A stretch of 64,000 nt of DNA from an uncultured candidate division Zixibacteria bacterium. GTDB taxonomy: Bacteria; Zixibacteria; MSB-5A5; UBA10806; 4484-95. The notes beneath the pieces were generated by a model. That model had not been told where the DNA came from and ran no database searches. It saw only the letters and a list, made by a program, of their open reading frames with translations. The translations under genes and the position numbers were made by a program. The DNA lies in contig CAXXKA010000008.1 in assembly GCA_963668625.2 (NCBI GenBank), forward strand, positions 384,001 to 448,000. The letters run 5' to 3'. Shown here in pieces: positions 40,224 to 50,573 of this stretch (the stretch's first letter is position 1; the number at the start of each line of letters is the position of its first letter).

Positions 40224-42944
40224 ATGTTTTTAAGGGTTATTTTTGTAACTATATTTCTATTATTATCATCTGTTGGCAGTTTTGCGGGCGATTCAGGCGA
40301 TCCTAATAGCTTATCGCAGAGCATTATAAGCAACACGGCTGATAAAATAAGTTTGTTAAAATTCAACGGTGTATTGAGAGATAGCCAGAATCAAGCTGTT
40401 AGCGATAGCACATATAATATTACATTCCGGTTGTATGATAGCGCCGAGGGGGGCATGCCTTCTTGGGTAAGCGGACTGGTTAAGGTCACTACTCATAGCG
40501 GGGTGTTCGAGGCTTTCATCCCCATAGATTTATCATCCGGTGATGATAATGTTTACTTATCGATGCAGATTGAAGGAGATGCAAGCGAACTACTACCTCG
40601 CCAGATGATTGCTAAGGCTGAGGGCAGCGATGATTCCGGTGATCCGGTAATCACCGACACGAAAGATGGCGAGTGGACTGATGAAAGCGGTGAATTTATT
40701 AGAACCGCAGAGTATAGAGGCATTGCAAAAGGTGTAGCAAACAATACTCTATTTGGAAATGAAAAAAATACCCATATTAATTTAGCTGATACCAGTATAA
40801 CTGGCGCCGATGGCTATGACTATGAATACTGCGTTATTGGTGGTGGTAGAAATCATGTTGCCAGTAATTACTATTCGTTAATTTGTGGCGGTAATGCCAA
40901 TATTTCCAGTGGCCATACATCAACGGTTGGCGGGGGATATTCAAACACTGCCAGCGGTGATTACTCAACTATAGCCGGAGGTCACACTAACACTTCATCA
41001 GCTAATTACAGTTTTATTGGGGGAGGGCAATATAACAATTCAAGTGGATTTCAATCTACTGTTACTGGCGGTAGATACAATGAAGCTACTAATCAATTCG
41101 CCACTGTTGGTGGCGGCGATGATAACGATGCTGGCGGATTGTATTCTGTCATCGCGGGAGGTCGAGGAAACACGGCATCTGGTGAAAACGCTACTATTGG
41201 CGGTGGTAGATGGCATACAGCCAGCAACTATTTCGCTACTGTTGCCGGTGGAAACGATAATACTGCTACCGGACATACCTCTACTATTGGGGGCGGATAT
41301 TCTAATGAAATAACTGCTGATTATGGTACTCTTGGTGGAGGTTACGATAACACTATTAGTGGAGCACATAATGTAATAAGCGGCGGAAAAGAAAATACCT
41401 CTTTAGGCTATTATGCTACAATTGGTGGTGGGGCTAGCAATGAGGTTAACGGTAGTAATAGTACTATTTCTGGAGGTGCTTATAATACTATTAGTATCGC
41501 ATATAGCACTATTAGCGGCGGTATAAACAACTATGTAAGCGGCTCAGGAGGTACAGTAAGCGGTGGCGAAAGCGATTCTGTAAAAGCTCTTTACGGAGGT
41601 ATTTCTGCCGGTTATTTAAACTTAGCTGGTGATGAAAGCACTGATACCTCTGCTTATGTAGGCGGCGGATATAGCAATGCTACAACGGGCAAATATTCTT
41701 CTGTCGGCGGTGGATATAGCAACCTTGCCAGTTCCAATAGCGCAACTGTGAGTGGCGGTTATGATAATACTGCCTCTGAAAACTGTGCAACAGTTGCTGG
41801 TGGAATTCAAAATGTCGCCAGTGGCTATAGAAGTACTATTGGCGGTGGTCAGGCTGATACTGTAAATGCCAGGTATGGAACTATTTCCGGCGGCTATAGC
41901 AATACATGTGGAGATGATGCCTCTGATTCTGCCTCCTACATTGGCGGAGGATATAGTAACTCGGTTTCAGGAGCATTTAACGTAATTTCAGGTGGTTTTT
42001 CAAACAACATAGATAATTTAATTGGAAGCATAATAGCCGGCGGCTATGGAAATTCTATTTCAGAAGACTTATGCACAATAAGCGGCGGACAATCTAATTC
42101 TGCTAATGCAGATGGTAGCACTATAGGCGGTGGTGCTAGCAATTTTGCAAGTTCCTTAGCAATCTACTCAACTATCATAGGAGGATATGCAGATACGACT
42201 GATGGTAACCTTGCTACGGTTGTAGGTGGAACTCGCAATAAAGCTGGAGGTCTGAGTACTGTTGTTGGAGGATCATATAACAAAGCTATTGGACCTGTAT
42301 CTTTTATAAGTGGTGGAAGCGGAAACTATACAGAAGGCCAATACTCACATATACTTGGTGGATATCTCGATACTTTAACATCTGATGCCCAATTTTCTAT
42401 GGCATTTGGAAAAACAGTATATCTTAACACTACTTATAGAACTGCTTTATATGACGGTACTTTCTCAGGATTTCTGGGAGTAAATAGGGATGATGACGAT
42501 GGCGGAATAAATTACCCTATTCATGTTGGAACGGACGGCACTAACGGTAATGGCGCTCACTTAACCCCCGGAGGTTCCTGGGTTGGTGTTTCTAGTAAAA
42601 AGCTCAAAAAAAATATTAATGCCCTCGATGAGCAGGAGCTGATAAATAAAATCTCTAAAATTGACATTCCTGAATGGGACTATAAAGGTACTAACGAGCA
42701 TCACATAGGCCCCATGGCCGAAGATTTTGTTGCTGCTTTTGATGTTGGCACGATTAGTCAATCAGACGGGAAACGTGAAAACCATTATTTGGCTGCAAGA
42801 GATGTTGCGGGTGTTGCTTTAGCGGGTGTGAAAGTAATGATAAAAGAGAACAATAAACTCAGAAGAGATAACAAAGAACTCAAAAAAGAATTAGCCGAGC
42901 TCAAGTCCCAGATCGAGGATATCAAAGCTCACCTGAATAGATAG
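40224..42944 (+). CDS. Secreted Gly-rich repeat fibre protein with C-terminal peptidase S74 (intramolecular chaperone) and coiled coil
   Basis: Signal peptide; about 30+ 14-aa xTVGGGYxNxASG repeats; SSKKLKKNI autocleavage motif, WDYK, HIGPMAEDF; terminal heptads. Confidence 0.88.
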   Translation: MFLRVIFVTIFLLLSSVGSFAGDSGDPNSLSQSIISNTADKISLLKFNGVLRDSQNQAVSDSTYNITFRLYDSAEGGMPSWVSGLVKVTTHSGVFEAFIPIDLSSGDDNVYLSMQIEGDASELLPRQMIAKAEGSDDSGDPVITDTKDGEWTDESGEFIRTAEYRGIAKGVANNTLFGNEKNTHINLADTSITGADGYDYEYCVIGGGRNHVASNYYSLICGGNANISSGHTSTVGGGYSNTASGDYSTIAGGHTNTSSANYSFIGGGQYNNSSGFQSTVTGGRYNEATNQFATVGGGDDNDAGGLYSVIAGGRGNTASGENATIGGGRWHTASNYFATVAGGNDNTATGHTSTIGGGYSNEITADYGTLGGGYDNTISGAHNVISGGKENTSLGYYATIGGGASNEVNGSNSTISGGAYNTISIAYSTISGGINNYVSGSGGTVSGGESDSVKALYGGISAGYLNLAGDESTDTSAYVGGGYSNATTGKYSSVGGGYSNLASSNSATVSGGYDNTASENCATVAGGIQNVASGYRSTIGGGQADTVNARYGTISGGYSNTCGDDASDSASYIGGGYSNSVSGAFNVISGGFSNNIDNLIGSIIAGGYGNSISEDLCTISGGQSNSANADGSTIGGGASNFASSLAIYSTIIGGYADTTDGNLATVVGGTRNKAGGLSTVVGGSYNKAIGPVSFISGGSGNYTEGQYSHILGGYLDTLTSDAQFSMAFGKTVYLNTTYRTALYDGTFSGFLGVNRDDDDGGINYPIHVGTDGTNGNGAHLTPGGSWVGVSSKKLKKNINALDEQELINKISKIDIPEWDYKGTNEHHIGPMAEDFVAAFDVGTISQSDGKRENHYLAARDVAGVALAGVKVMIKENNKLRRDNKELKKELAELKSQIEDIKAHLNR

Positions 42945-42957
42945 ATTGGAGAGTTAT

Positions 42958-43515
42958 ATGAACTACCTGAAAATATTGATGATCCTGCTTTGTCCGGTCA
43001 TCTTGCTCGGGTCCGATTCGGCTCCATCGCTAGAACCCAATAGCGTTAAACATCTCACCGGCCAGGAGACCGGGAAATACAGGATGATCGCGCAGGTTGA
43101 AAAATGCACCGGTGAGACATCATCATCACCACGGTTTAGCCTGACATCATTTACCGATTTGATCGAACCTGATGTTTTCGTCAAACGTGATATTAACTTA
43201 TCCGAAATCGACATGAGCCTGAGTAAAACCAGCGGAGTTGATAATCTACCTAGCGAATTCTCGCTTGGCAACAATTACCCGAATCCGTTTAACTCCTCCA
43301 CGATAATAGACTACGCCTTGCCGGAGGCCTCGCACGTAACAATCGAGGTTTACAATGTGCTTGGCCAGAGAGTCGAAACTCTCGTTGATGAGTATAAAGA
43401 AGCGGGATACCATTCTGTATCGTTTGGTTCTACTAACCTTGCGACGGGTATGTACCTTTATAGGATACAGGCCAACGAATTCTCAAAAGCAAACAAGATG
43501 CTCATAGTTAAGTAA
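42958..43515 (+). CDS. Small secreted protein with FlgD/T9SS-type C-terminal domain
   Basis: Signal peptide; LPSEFSLGNNYPNPFNSST...GMYLYRI...KMLIVK. Confidence 0.82.
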   Translation: MNYLKILMILLCPVILLGSDSAPSLEPNSVKHLTGQETGKYRMIAQVEKCTGETSSSPRFSLTSFTDLIEPDVFVKRDINLSEIDMSLSKTSGVDNLPSEFSLGNNYPNPFNSSTIIDYALPEASHVTIEVYNVLGQRVETLVDEYKEAGYHSVSFGSTNLATGMYLYRIQANEFSKANKMLIVK

Positions 43516-43531
43516 AACAACCATGAAATAG

Positions 43532-43564
43532 AAAAGCGAACCATTAATCATAATGGTTCGCTTT
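43532..43564. terminator. Bidirectional terminator
   Basis: aaagcgaaccatta-atca-taatggttcgcttt perfect stem between convergent genes. Confidence 0.8.
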
Positions 43565-43629
43565 AAAACTCTTACCGTTGATTGGTAGATGTCCCCAGGT
43601 TCTCGCCTGGTAGACATTCTCACTATATC

Positions 43630-44169
43630 CTATTTCACGATCTTGATAATCTTCTTGAATTTCTCACCCTCGGCAACTTTCAGCATCTCGAATAAACTCA
43701 TCTCAACACTGGTAAGTTTAGCGCCTAACGCCTTAATCGCCTCTATGCCTATCTGCTTGTTCTCCAGCGAGCGAGAGCTGACAGCATCGGCAACCAGGTA
43801 CACCTCGAAACCGTTGGCGATCAGATCGGCTGCGGTCTGGTATACGCACACATGAGTCTCCATACCCGTTAAAAGCACCTGGTGGCAGTTGGTGGCTTTG
43901 AGCTTGTTGACGAAATTCTCGTTGTCCCAGCAACTGAACGTGTTTTTCTCGAGGGGATCCATACCGCTAAGAACATCCTTGAGCTCCGGGATGGTAGTAC
44001 CAAGTTTATCGGGAAGTTGCTCGTTCCATAATATCGGCAGTCCCAGTTCCCAGGCGCCCCTGGTTATCGTAACCATATTCTTGAAGAAATGATCTTTCTC
44101 GTGCATGAGAGTTGCCAGCTTCCCCTGAACATCAACAATGACCAAAGCGGCATCATCCATTTTCAACAT
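43630..44169 (-). CDS. Isochorismatase-family cysteine hydrolase
   Basis: VIVDVQ, EQLPDKLG.T, KNTFSC, GMETHVCVYQT. Confidence 0.93.
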   Translation of the reverse strand: MLKMDDAALVIVDVQGKLATLMHEKDHFFKNMVTITRGAWELGLPILWNEQLPDKLGTTIPELKDVLSGMDPLEKNTFSCWDNENFVNKLKATNCHQVLLTGMETHVCVYQTAADLIANGFEVYLVADAVSSRSLENKQIGIEAIKALGAKLTSVEMSLFEMLKVAEGEKFKKIIKIVK

Positions 44170-44472
44170 CGTTGTTTCTCCTTCGGCTTATTCCAAATCG
44201 TAAATCAATTTCCGTTTCAACCGTACTTATAGCACTAAAGTTCCACAGGTGCAACAGGCAAATGTTTTAAGCTTCAGCAGTTTTAGTCAGGAAGGATGAG
44301 TCAATCATTTCATCCGCCTGACAATGCCTGAATGTCGTATGCTAGTTTCCTCGCCTCAGTCACCCTCGGCAAAGCCGAACGCGACGTAAAAAGCAATAAC
44401 GATGACTGCCGGTTCATATAGGTATATGTTTATTGCTCTTTCAATTGCAGAAAACAATCCTATCTACTACTT

Positions 44473-44685
44473 CTAAACCATTCCATCCGTAAAATCCGCA
44501 TCATCCCAGTCTTTCCGAACAATGTCCTCCAGCTCTTTTAATAACGTCTGGATACGAAACTGGATTTGATCGTGTTCCTGCCCAAATTCCTCTTCAAGTT
44601 TAGATGCTTGTTTTTGCCATTCTCTCAACGACAAATGTGCATTGCAATTCTCGTGAGGTCTGGTCACAGGGTTTTGATAAATCAT
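44473..44685 (-). CDS. Small acidic hypothetical protein downstream of dnaA
   Basis: 70-aa ORF with G-rich RBS (tagggggg) and helical acidic sequence. Confidence 0.55.
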   Translation of the reverse strand: MIYQNPVTRPHENCNAHLSLREWQKQASKLEEEFGQEHDQIQFRIQTLLKELEDIVRKDWDDADFTDGMV

Positions 44686-44810
44686 TTAGTAGCCCCCCTA
44701 AACTAATAAAACCCATTGATGCTAAACCACGAATCCGAGATAATACATCTGCTAAACGTAAATAATCAAATCTGAGGGCCCCCCTTCATTTTAGCGGTTA
44801 CGAGTTCTTA

Positions 44811-46160
44811 CTACTCAGCTTGCAGCTTCTTAATTAATTCATCGACCCGAAATTTCAGAAGTGAATCCTGATTCAATAAATCGGTAATTTTATTGATCGA
44901 ATGGATAACGGTGGAGTGGTCGCGACCACCAAAAAACTTACCGATCGTTTTCAGGGAATACGTGGTGTAATTACGGGCGATATACATGGCAATCTGACGG
45001 GCGGACGCCACCTCGACAGTTTTGCCTTTGCCGACGATTTGTTCGGCGGATATCTTGAAATATTCAGCTACCGTTTTCTGGATACTCTCCAGGGTCATTT
45101 CTTTCTGCTTGTTGGTGGTTTTCTTGCCCAGGATCTCATCAACAAGCGCCACACTGATCTCCCGTCCCGTCAGCGAATAATAGGCTCCAATACGAATCAA
45201 CAAGCCCTCCAGCTCCCTGATATTCGATCTGACCTTGTCGGCAATATACGAGGCGACATCGGGCGAAATATCGATATCATCCTGCTGGATTTTCTTGTTC
45301 AAAATCGCCAGGCGCATTTCAAAATCGGGTGGTTGAATATCGGTAACGAGACCGCTCTGGAATCGCGACAGCAACCTCTCCTCCAGACCATAAATTTCTT
45401 GGGGGGGGCGATCCGAAGTTAAGACGATTTGCTTGCCGCTTTGATGCAAGGCGTTGAAAGTATGGAAGAATTGAACCTGCGTAGCTTCCTTACCCGTTAA
45501 AAACTGAATATCATCAATGATCAATAGATCGATACTACGGTAATAATTTGCGAAATCGGCGGTTTTCTGGGTGGCGATCGCGTTAATAAAATCGCTGGTA
45601 AATTTCTCAGAGGTGACATACAAGACCGCGCTGCCCGGACGAGTCAGGAGTACGAAATTGCCAATAGCCTGGGCCAGATGAGTTTTGCCCAATCCTACAC
45701 CGCCATATATATAAAACGGATTAAACCTGTTGCCGGCCGGTGCCTCGCCAACCGCCATTGCCGCGGCATGAGCGAATTGGTTGGAATCACCCACGACGAA
45801 GCTTTCGAAATTATAGCGCTCGTTTATGTTATGGGTTTGTGCTTTCGGCTCGGCAGGTTTTTGATCGATTGCCGGCTCAGGTATGGCAACATCTATCTCC
45901 TGGCCGTTAGGCTCTATCGTAAACTTGATAATTTTGGTTTTGCCGAAAGTAGCTTCAACAGCCTCGTTGATATAGCTGATGTAATGGCCCTCTAGCCAGC
46001 TGGCAACGAATCTGTTAGGTACACTAATCATTAATTGACCGTTCTCGCTATTTATTAGCTTGGTCGGTTTAAGCCAGGTGTTATAACTCTGGGGTTGAAC
46101 TTTTTCTTTTAATTTACCGAGGCATTCCTGCCATGTAGTGTTTAATTCTTGAGCTTGCAT
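44811..46160 (-). CDS. dnaA: Chromosomal replication initiator DnaA
   Basis: FVVGDSNQFA, Walker A GGVGLGKTHL, LLIIDDIQF, GGRDHSTVIHS. Confidence 0.98.
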   Translation of the reverse strand: MQAQELNTTWQECLGKLKEKVQPQSYNTWLKPTKLINSENGQLMISVPNRFVASWLEGHYISYINEAVEATFGKTKIIKFTIEPNGQEIDVAIPEPAIDQKPAEPKAQTHNINERYNFESFVVGDSNQFAHAAAMAVGEAPAGNRFNPFYIYGGVGLGKTHLAQAIGNFVLLTRPGSAVLYVTSEKFTSDFINAIATQKTADFANYYRSIDLLIIDDIQFLTGKEATQVQFFHTFNALHQSGKQIVLTSDRPPQEIYGLEERLLSRFQSGLVTDIQPPDFEMRLAILNKKIQQDDIDISPDVASYIADKVRSNIRELEGLLIRIGAYYSLTGREISVALVDEILGKKTTNKQKEMTLESIQKTVAEYFKISAEQIVGKGKTVEVASARQIAMYIARNYTTYSLKTIGKFFGGRDHSTVIHSINKITDLLNQDSLLKFRVDELIKKLQAE

Positions 46161-46189
46161 GTTGAAAACTTGTTAATAAGTGTTTACAA
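46160..46189. promoter_or_regulatory. Three tandem degenerate DnaA boxes abutting the dnaA start codon
   Basis: tgttgaaaa (46160), tgttaataa (46171), tgtttacaa (46181) versus consensus TGTGGATAA. Confidence 0.65.
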
Positions 46190-46606
46190 TTCCTATAATC
46201 ATAGCTTAATAATAAAAGCTACTACCAGTTTCTACTTGAAAATCTATTCAGGTTTTTATAACCTGTATTGTCGTGGATTGAACTTTGATGTCGATGATTA
46301 GTACCCCCTCCAGGTTTTCATCTACTCCATTTAAACAAACAATAGATAATCTCCCTGCAATATAAAGTCAAGCTCTCTGCTAAGTACATTTATTAAAAGT
46401 TGTATCCCATTCAAAAATATAATCTTATAGTTGTGTTTTTTTTAGCTGGCATTGGATTATATTAGACTTACAGCAAAATCGTTAACTCCATGAAGACAAT
46501 GATATTTTACAATTATCAATTTTATTGCTAATTTCTGACTATTAGCTAAAATATAATTAGGCTCAATTGTAAGTATTTCTTAACGGTTGACAATTGCCAA
46601 AGAAAG

Positions 46607-46860
46607 TTTTCCACATTCGGTTGATAAAAATGTGGAAAAGTGTGGAAAGCGGTTAATAAAGTACTAACATTTGTAAAATCAAACTATCATAAATCTAACA
46701 TGTTCAAAGTTATCAATATAGAGCTTGCTTTGTCTTTTTTTGCTAAACTTTTATTAGATATTCAGATAGAATTTTATGCGAATACTTTTCAACATTCCCA
46801 CACTCTTATTAATATGATTATATATTTATTTAATATATAAATAATAAAAGATATTATACC
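46607..46860. other. Replication origin oriC (DnaA boxes, DnaA-trios, AT-rich DUE)
   Basis: ttttccaca 46607, ggttgataa 46619, tgtggaaaa 46631, tgtggaaag 46641, ggttaataa 46651, ttttcaaca 46786, attcccaca 46794; then TAT-TAA-TAT-GAT-TAT (46807-46821) and an AT-rich tract. Confidence 0.85.
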
Positions 46861-47030
46861 AAAAACGAAAAAACTGAATATCTAAAATTTAGATATTCTC
46901 TTCCTTTTAAGCAAATATTTGAATTGACATAGATATTTTTTTAGTAGATAATAAGCCTGTATGTCCGGTGCTACTTATTTATCACCTGATCTACCGGAAT
47001 ATCCAATTATAGAGGAATTTTGGAGGAGCA

Positions 47031-48146
47031 ATGAGATTCAAGACAAATAAAGCTAAATTAAATCAGGCAGTATCCAGGATTCAAAGTATAGTGCCGCCAA
47101 AGTCTACCATTCCGATTCTATCGAATATTCTATTTGAGCTCGAGGATGATAAACTGAGTCTGAAAGTTACAGACCTTGATGTTTCGATGACCTCGCATAT
47201 AGATGTTGAAGTATTGAAGAAGGGAAGTATAACCGTTCCGGCAAAGGTTTTTTCAGAGATAGTCAAAGAGCTTCCTGAATATGATCTGGATATCACCGCT
47301 ACCGAGAACAGGATGGAGATAAAATGCGGCTCCGGTGTTTATAAGCTTTCCGGATTTTCCGCTGAGGATTTCCCGAAATTACCGGACATTCATCTCGGCA
47401 GGCAGGTTAAGGTCAATGCTCAGTCGCTTTGCAGTATGATCAAGAAGGTCTTGTTCGCGGTTTCCCGGGATGAAACTCGGCCGGCGTTAAATGGCATACT
47501 CTGGCATGCCGCTGATGATGGCTTGAGCCTGGTCGCTACCGATGGCCACAGGTTGGCAAAAGTCGGGCGAAGCGATATTATCCTTCAGGGAATGAATAAG
47601 GATCTGATCATCCCACCCAAGGTGCTGGAAAATTTAATTAAGCTTACCCATGATGATACCGATGAGATCGGTTTGATTTTGAACGATAACTCTATTGTTT
47701 TCGTGCTCGATGATTCGATTATCACCTCCCGTTTGCTTGAGGGACCATATCCTAATTATGAACAGGTCGTACCGAAAGACAACGAGAAAATCATGCTTGT
47801 CGAAAAAGGTTTGCTTCAATCCTCGGTCAGGCGTGTTTCGATTCTATCCAATACCCTGACACATCAGGTAAAATTCTCGATTAAGCAGGATAAACTTGAG
47901 CTTTCCGCGACTAACTTTGATTTCGGCGGTGAGGCTCGCGAAAGTATGAAAGTCTCCTACCAGGAAGATGACATGGATATTGGCTACAACGCCAATTATG
48001 TTATCGATGTACTAAAGCAGGTCGAGGATGAAGAGGTCAGGTTCGAATTGAATAACCCGACTACGGCAGCGATTCTCAAACCGGAACAACCGACAGAGCA
48101 CGAGGATGTACTTTTCTTAATCATGCCTCTTCGCTTAATGGATTAA
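47031..48146 (+). CDS. dnaN: DNA polymerase III beta clamp
   Basis: IPILSNIL, VATDGHRL, RLLEGPYPNY, LIMPLR. Confidence 0.98.
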   Translation: MRFKTNKAKLNQAVSRIQSIVPPKSTIPILSNILFELEDDKLSLKVTDLDVSMTSHIDVEVLKKGSITVPAKVFSEIVKELPEYDLDITATENRMEIKCGSGVYKLSGFSAEDFPKLPDIHLGRQVKVNAQSLCSMIKKVLFAVSRDETRPALNGILWHAADDGLSLVATDGHRLAKVGRSDIILQGMNKDLIIPPKVLENLIKLTHDDTDEIGLILNDNSIVFVLDDSIITSRLLEGPYPNYEQVVPKDNEKIMLVEKGLLQSSVRRVSILSNTLTHQVKFSIKQDKLELSATNFDFGGEARESMKVSYQEDDMDIGYNANYVIDVLKQVEDEEVRFELNNPTTAAILKPEQPTEHEDVLFLIMPLRLMD

Positions 48147-48170
48147 TACCGGTAGAGCCGGCCGGTTGTT

Positions 48171-49264
48171 ATGATTACCCATCTCAGTATCAAGGGATTT
48201 CGAAATATAGATAAAGCTGAAATTATCCCTGCAAAGGGAATAAATTTGTTTATCGGTAACAACGGGGCGGGTAAAACTAACACTCTTGAGGCAATTGGCT
48301 TGTTTTCGATAGGCAAATCGTGCCGTAACGCTAAAGACAGGGAGCTGTTAAGTTTCAATTCCGAGCTGGCGGAGATAAAAGCCTCGGTTGAAAGCGAAAA
48401 AAAAAAGTCGATATCGCAATAAGATACGATAATACAGGCGCCCGCAAAATAATTCTCGACAATATCCGTCCTATAAAGCAAAACGAGCTGATCGGTATAA
48501 TGCCTGCTGTGTTCATATTACCTGAGGATATATTGCTAACAGCCGGGCCAGCTTCATACCATCGCCAGTTCCTGGATTTGTATATCTCACAGTGTAGCCG
48601 ACCATATCTAAACGATTTGATAGCCTACCGCAAAGTTATAGTACAGAGGAATAAACTTCTAAAAGATATAGCCGAAAATCGCGAGAATTTATATCTGCTA
48701 AAAGCCTGGGATAAAATATTGATCGAACATGCCGAACGGATTATCGTAAAAAGGCAGGATTTCGTCGAATCGATTTGTTCCGATATAAAAAAATATTACA
48801 ATACTTTCGATTCCGATGGCAAGCTGACCATTAATTATACTCCTAGGCTGGATACGGAAAAAGAAACAGTAGGAGAGGCATTAAGTCATCAGCTGGAATA
48901 CTATCTCGAGCGCGAGCTACGATCAGGATTAACATTAGTTGGCCCGCATCGCGATAGATTGAACATGAAACTAAACGGAAGATCTATCCGGCACTATAGC
49001 TCTCGTGGCCAGAAACGTATAGTAATGCTTTCGATTAAACTGGCGGCCGCCGATTATCTTTCCCATATTAACGGCCGGGATGTTATCCTGGTACTCGATG
49101 AGGTATTTGCCGAGCTGGATAAGGCTAAAGGTATCTCTCTGATGAAAGCTCTGGCCGGTCACAAGCAGGTGTTTATAGCTACAGCCGGGGAGAGCGGTTT
49201 CGATGATATCGAAGTTAAAACATTCAACGTTCGAGCGGGACGAATCGAGGAGGTACCGACTTGA
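48171..49264 (+). CDS. recF: DNA replication/repair protein RecF (frameshift at A10, 48397-48406)
   Basis: GFRN, GNNGAGKTNTLEAI in first ORF; QRNKLLK, GPHRD, SRGQKR, VLDEVFAELD in second; one extra A gives a continuous frame. Confidence 0.92.
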
Positions 49265-50058
49265 TATTGGTTTTAGATATAGGTAACACCTCGACTTTCG
49301 CCGGCATGTATGATAACGGTGAGATAGTCGAGAGCTTTCGCATGCCCTCCAAGGATGATAAAGATTATAAAATCTCGGTTAACTCGGATGTCGTAGCGGT
49401 ACGCCTGAGACATTTCCTGTTTTCTCATCAGAAGGCCGGACGCAAAATAGAAGGCGCCGCGGTCTGCTCGGTCGTGCCCGAGTTGACTTTTATCTACAAG
49501 GAAATGATCGATAAATTCATTGATGTCGATACCTGGGTGCTTGACCATACGGCTGATCTTGGTTTAAAGATCGATGTCGACAAACCCGAGCAGGCCGGGC
49601 CCGACAGGTTAGCAAATGCGGTGGCGATGAAAAATATCTACGGTTGCCCCGGATTAGTGATCGATCTGGGAACCTCAACGAATTTCGATGTGGTAGACCA
49701 TCGGGGAAACTACATAGGCGGCTCGATTGCTCCGGGTGTTAAAACCTCCTCGGCGGAACTATTCAAACGCGCCTCGAGATTGTTCGCGGTAGATATAGCG
49801 AAACCTGAAAAAGCTATCGGCCGTAATACAAAGCAGGCTATACAGTCTGGGATATTTTTCGGATCGCTGGGTCTGATCGATCATATTGCCGGTCTTATCA
49901 CCGAGGAGTTAAAAGCTGTAAGTAGTGATGAAATACGGGTGGTGGCAACCGGCGGTTATGCCGACCTGTTCGCCCCGCATTCGAAACACATACAGACAGT
50001 AGATCAGATGCTGACATTAAAAGGCATAGTAATGGCCTACGAGCGTAATGTAAGCTAG
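49261..50058 (+). CDS. coaX: Type III pantothenate kinase
   Basis: LDIGNT, SVVP, GPDRLAN, IDLGTST.FD, GG.IAPG, ATGG. Confidence 0.95.
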   Translation: MILVLDIGNTSTFAGMYDNGEIVESFRMPSKDDKDYKISVNSDVVAVRLRHFLFSHQKAGRKIEGAAVCSVVPELTFIYKEMIDKFIDVDTWVLDHTADLGLKIDVDKPEQAGPDRLANAVAMKNIYGCPGLVIDLGTSTNFDVVDHRGNYIGGSIAPGVKTSSAELFKRASRLFAVDIAKPEKAIGRNTKQAIQSGIFFGSLGLIDHIAGLITEELKAVSSDEIRVVATGGYADLFAPHSKHIQTVDQMLTLKGIVMAYERNVS

Positions 50059-50237
50059 CAGCTTTAGCTATGTGTTGTATAGGGGCGTATCGAATACGTT
50101 CCAGGCAGAATGCTTGATTGGAGTATTCGTCTTGAATGAGCAATCAACCAAACCCATCTCTAGCTTCGCTATAAGATGGAGCACCGCTTAATAATATCAT
50201 TGTGAAATAGTTAATATCATAAATAACGGAGTCTAAC

Positions 50238-50573
50238 ATGAGCAATATGTTCGAATCATTGAAATCGCTTCTACTGCCGGCGGATGTCCACCCGGATGTT
50301 GATGCTTACCTGTCACAGGCTGATGATCATCAGGTAGTATTCATGGAATTCAACGAGGACGTGCTGGTTCCCGAACACAGCCACGGCCCCCAGCTCGAGA
50401 TAGTATTGGCCGGTCAGGTAGAGTTAACTATCTCAGGTAATGAGAAATTGTATAAGACCGGCGATTGGTTTTATTTAAAGGATGGCGAGCCGCATGCGGG
50501 CAAGTTGACGAAGGGTTACAAATCGGTAGCGGTGTTCTTTCAGAAAGATCGGTATAGTGTTAAAAAGTCGTAA
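50238..50573 (+). CDS. Cupin-domain protein
   Basis: PEHSH..QLEIVLAG, GDWFYL..GEPH. Confidence 0.88.
   Translation: MSNMFESLKSLLLPADVHPDVDAYLSQADDHQVVFMEFNEDVLVPEHSHGPQLEIVLAGQVELTISGNEKLYKTGDWFYLKDGEPHAGKLTKGYKSVAVFFQKDRYSVKKS

Noticed and set aside
40224-42944. Prophage implied by the S74 tail-fibre chaperone
   Set aside because: Protein has a Sec signal and no integrase, capsid, terminase or other tail genes are nearby
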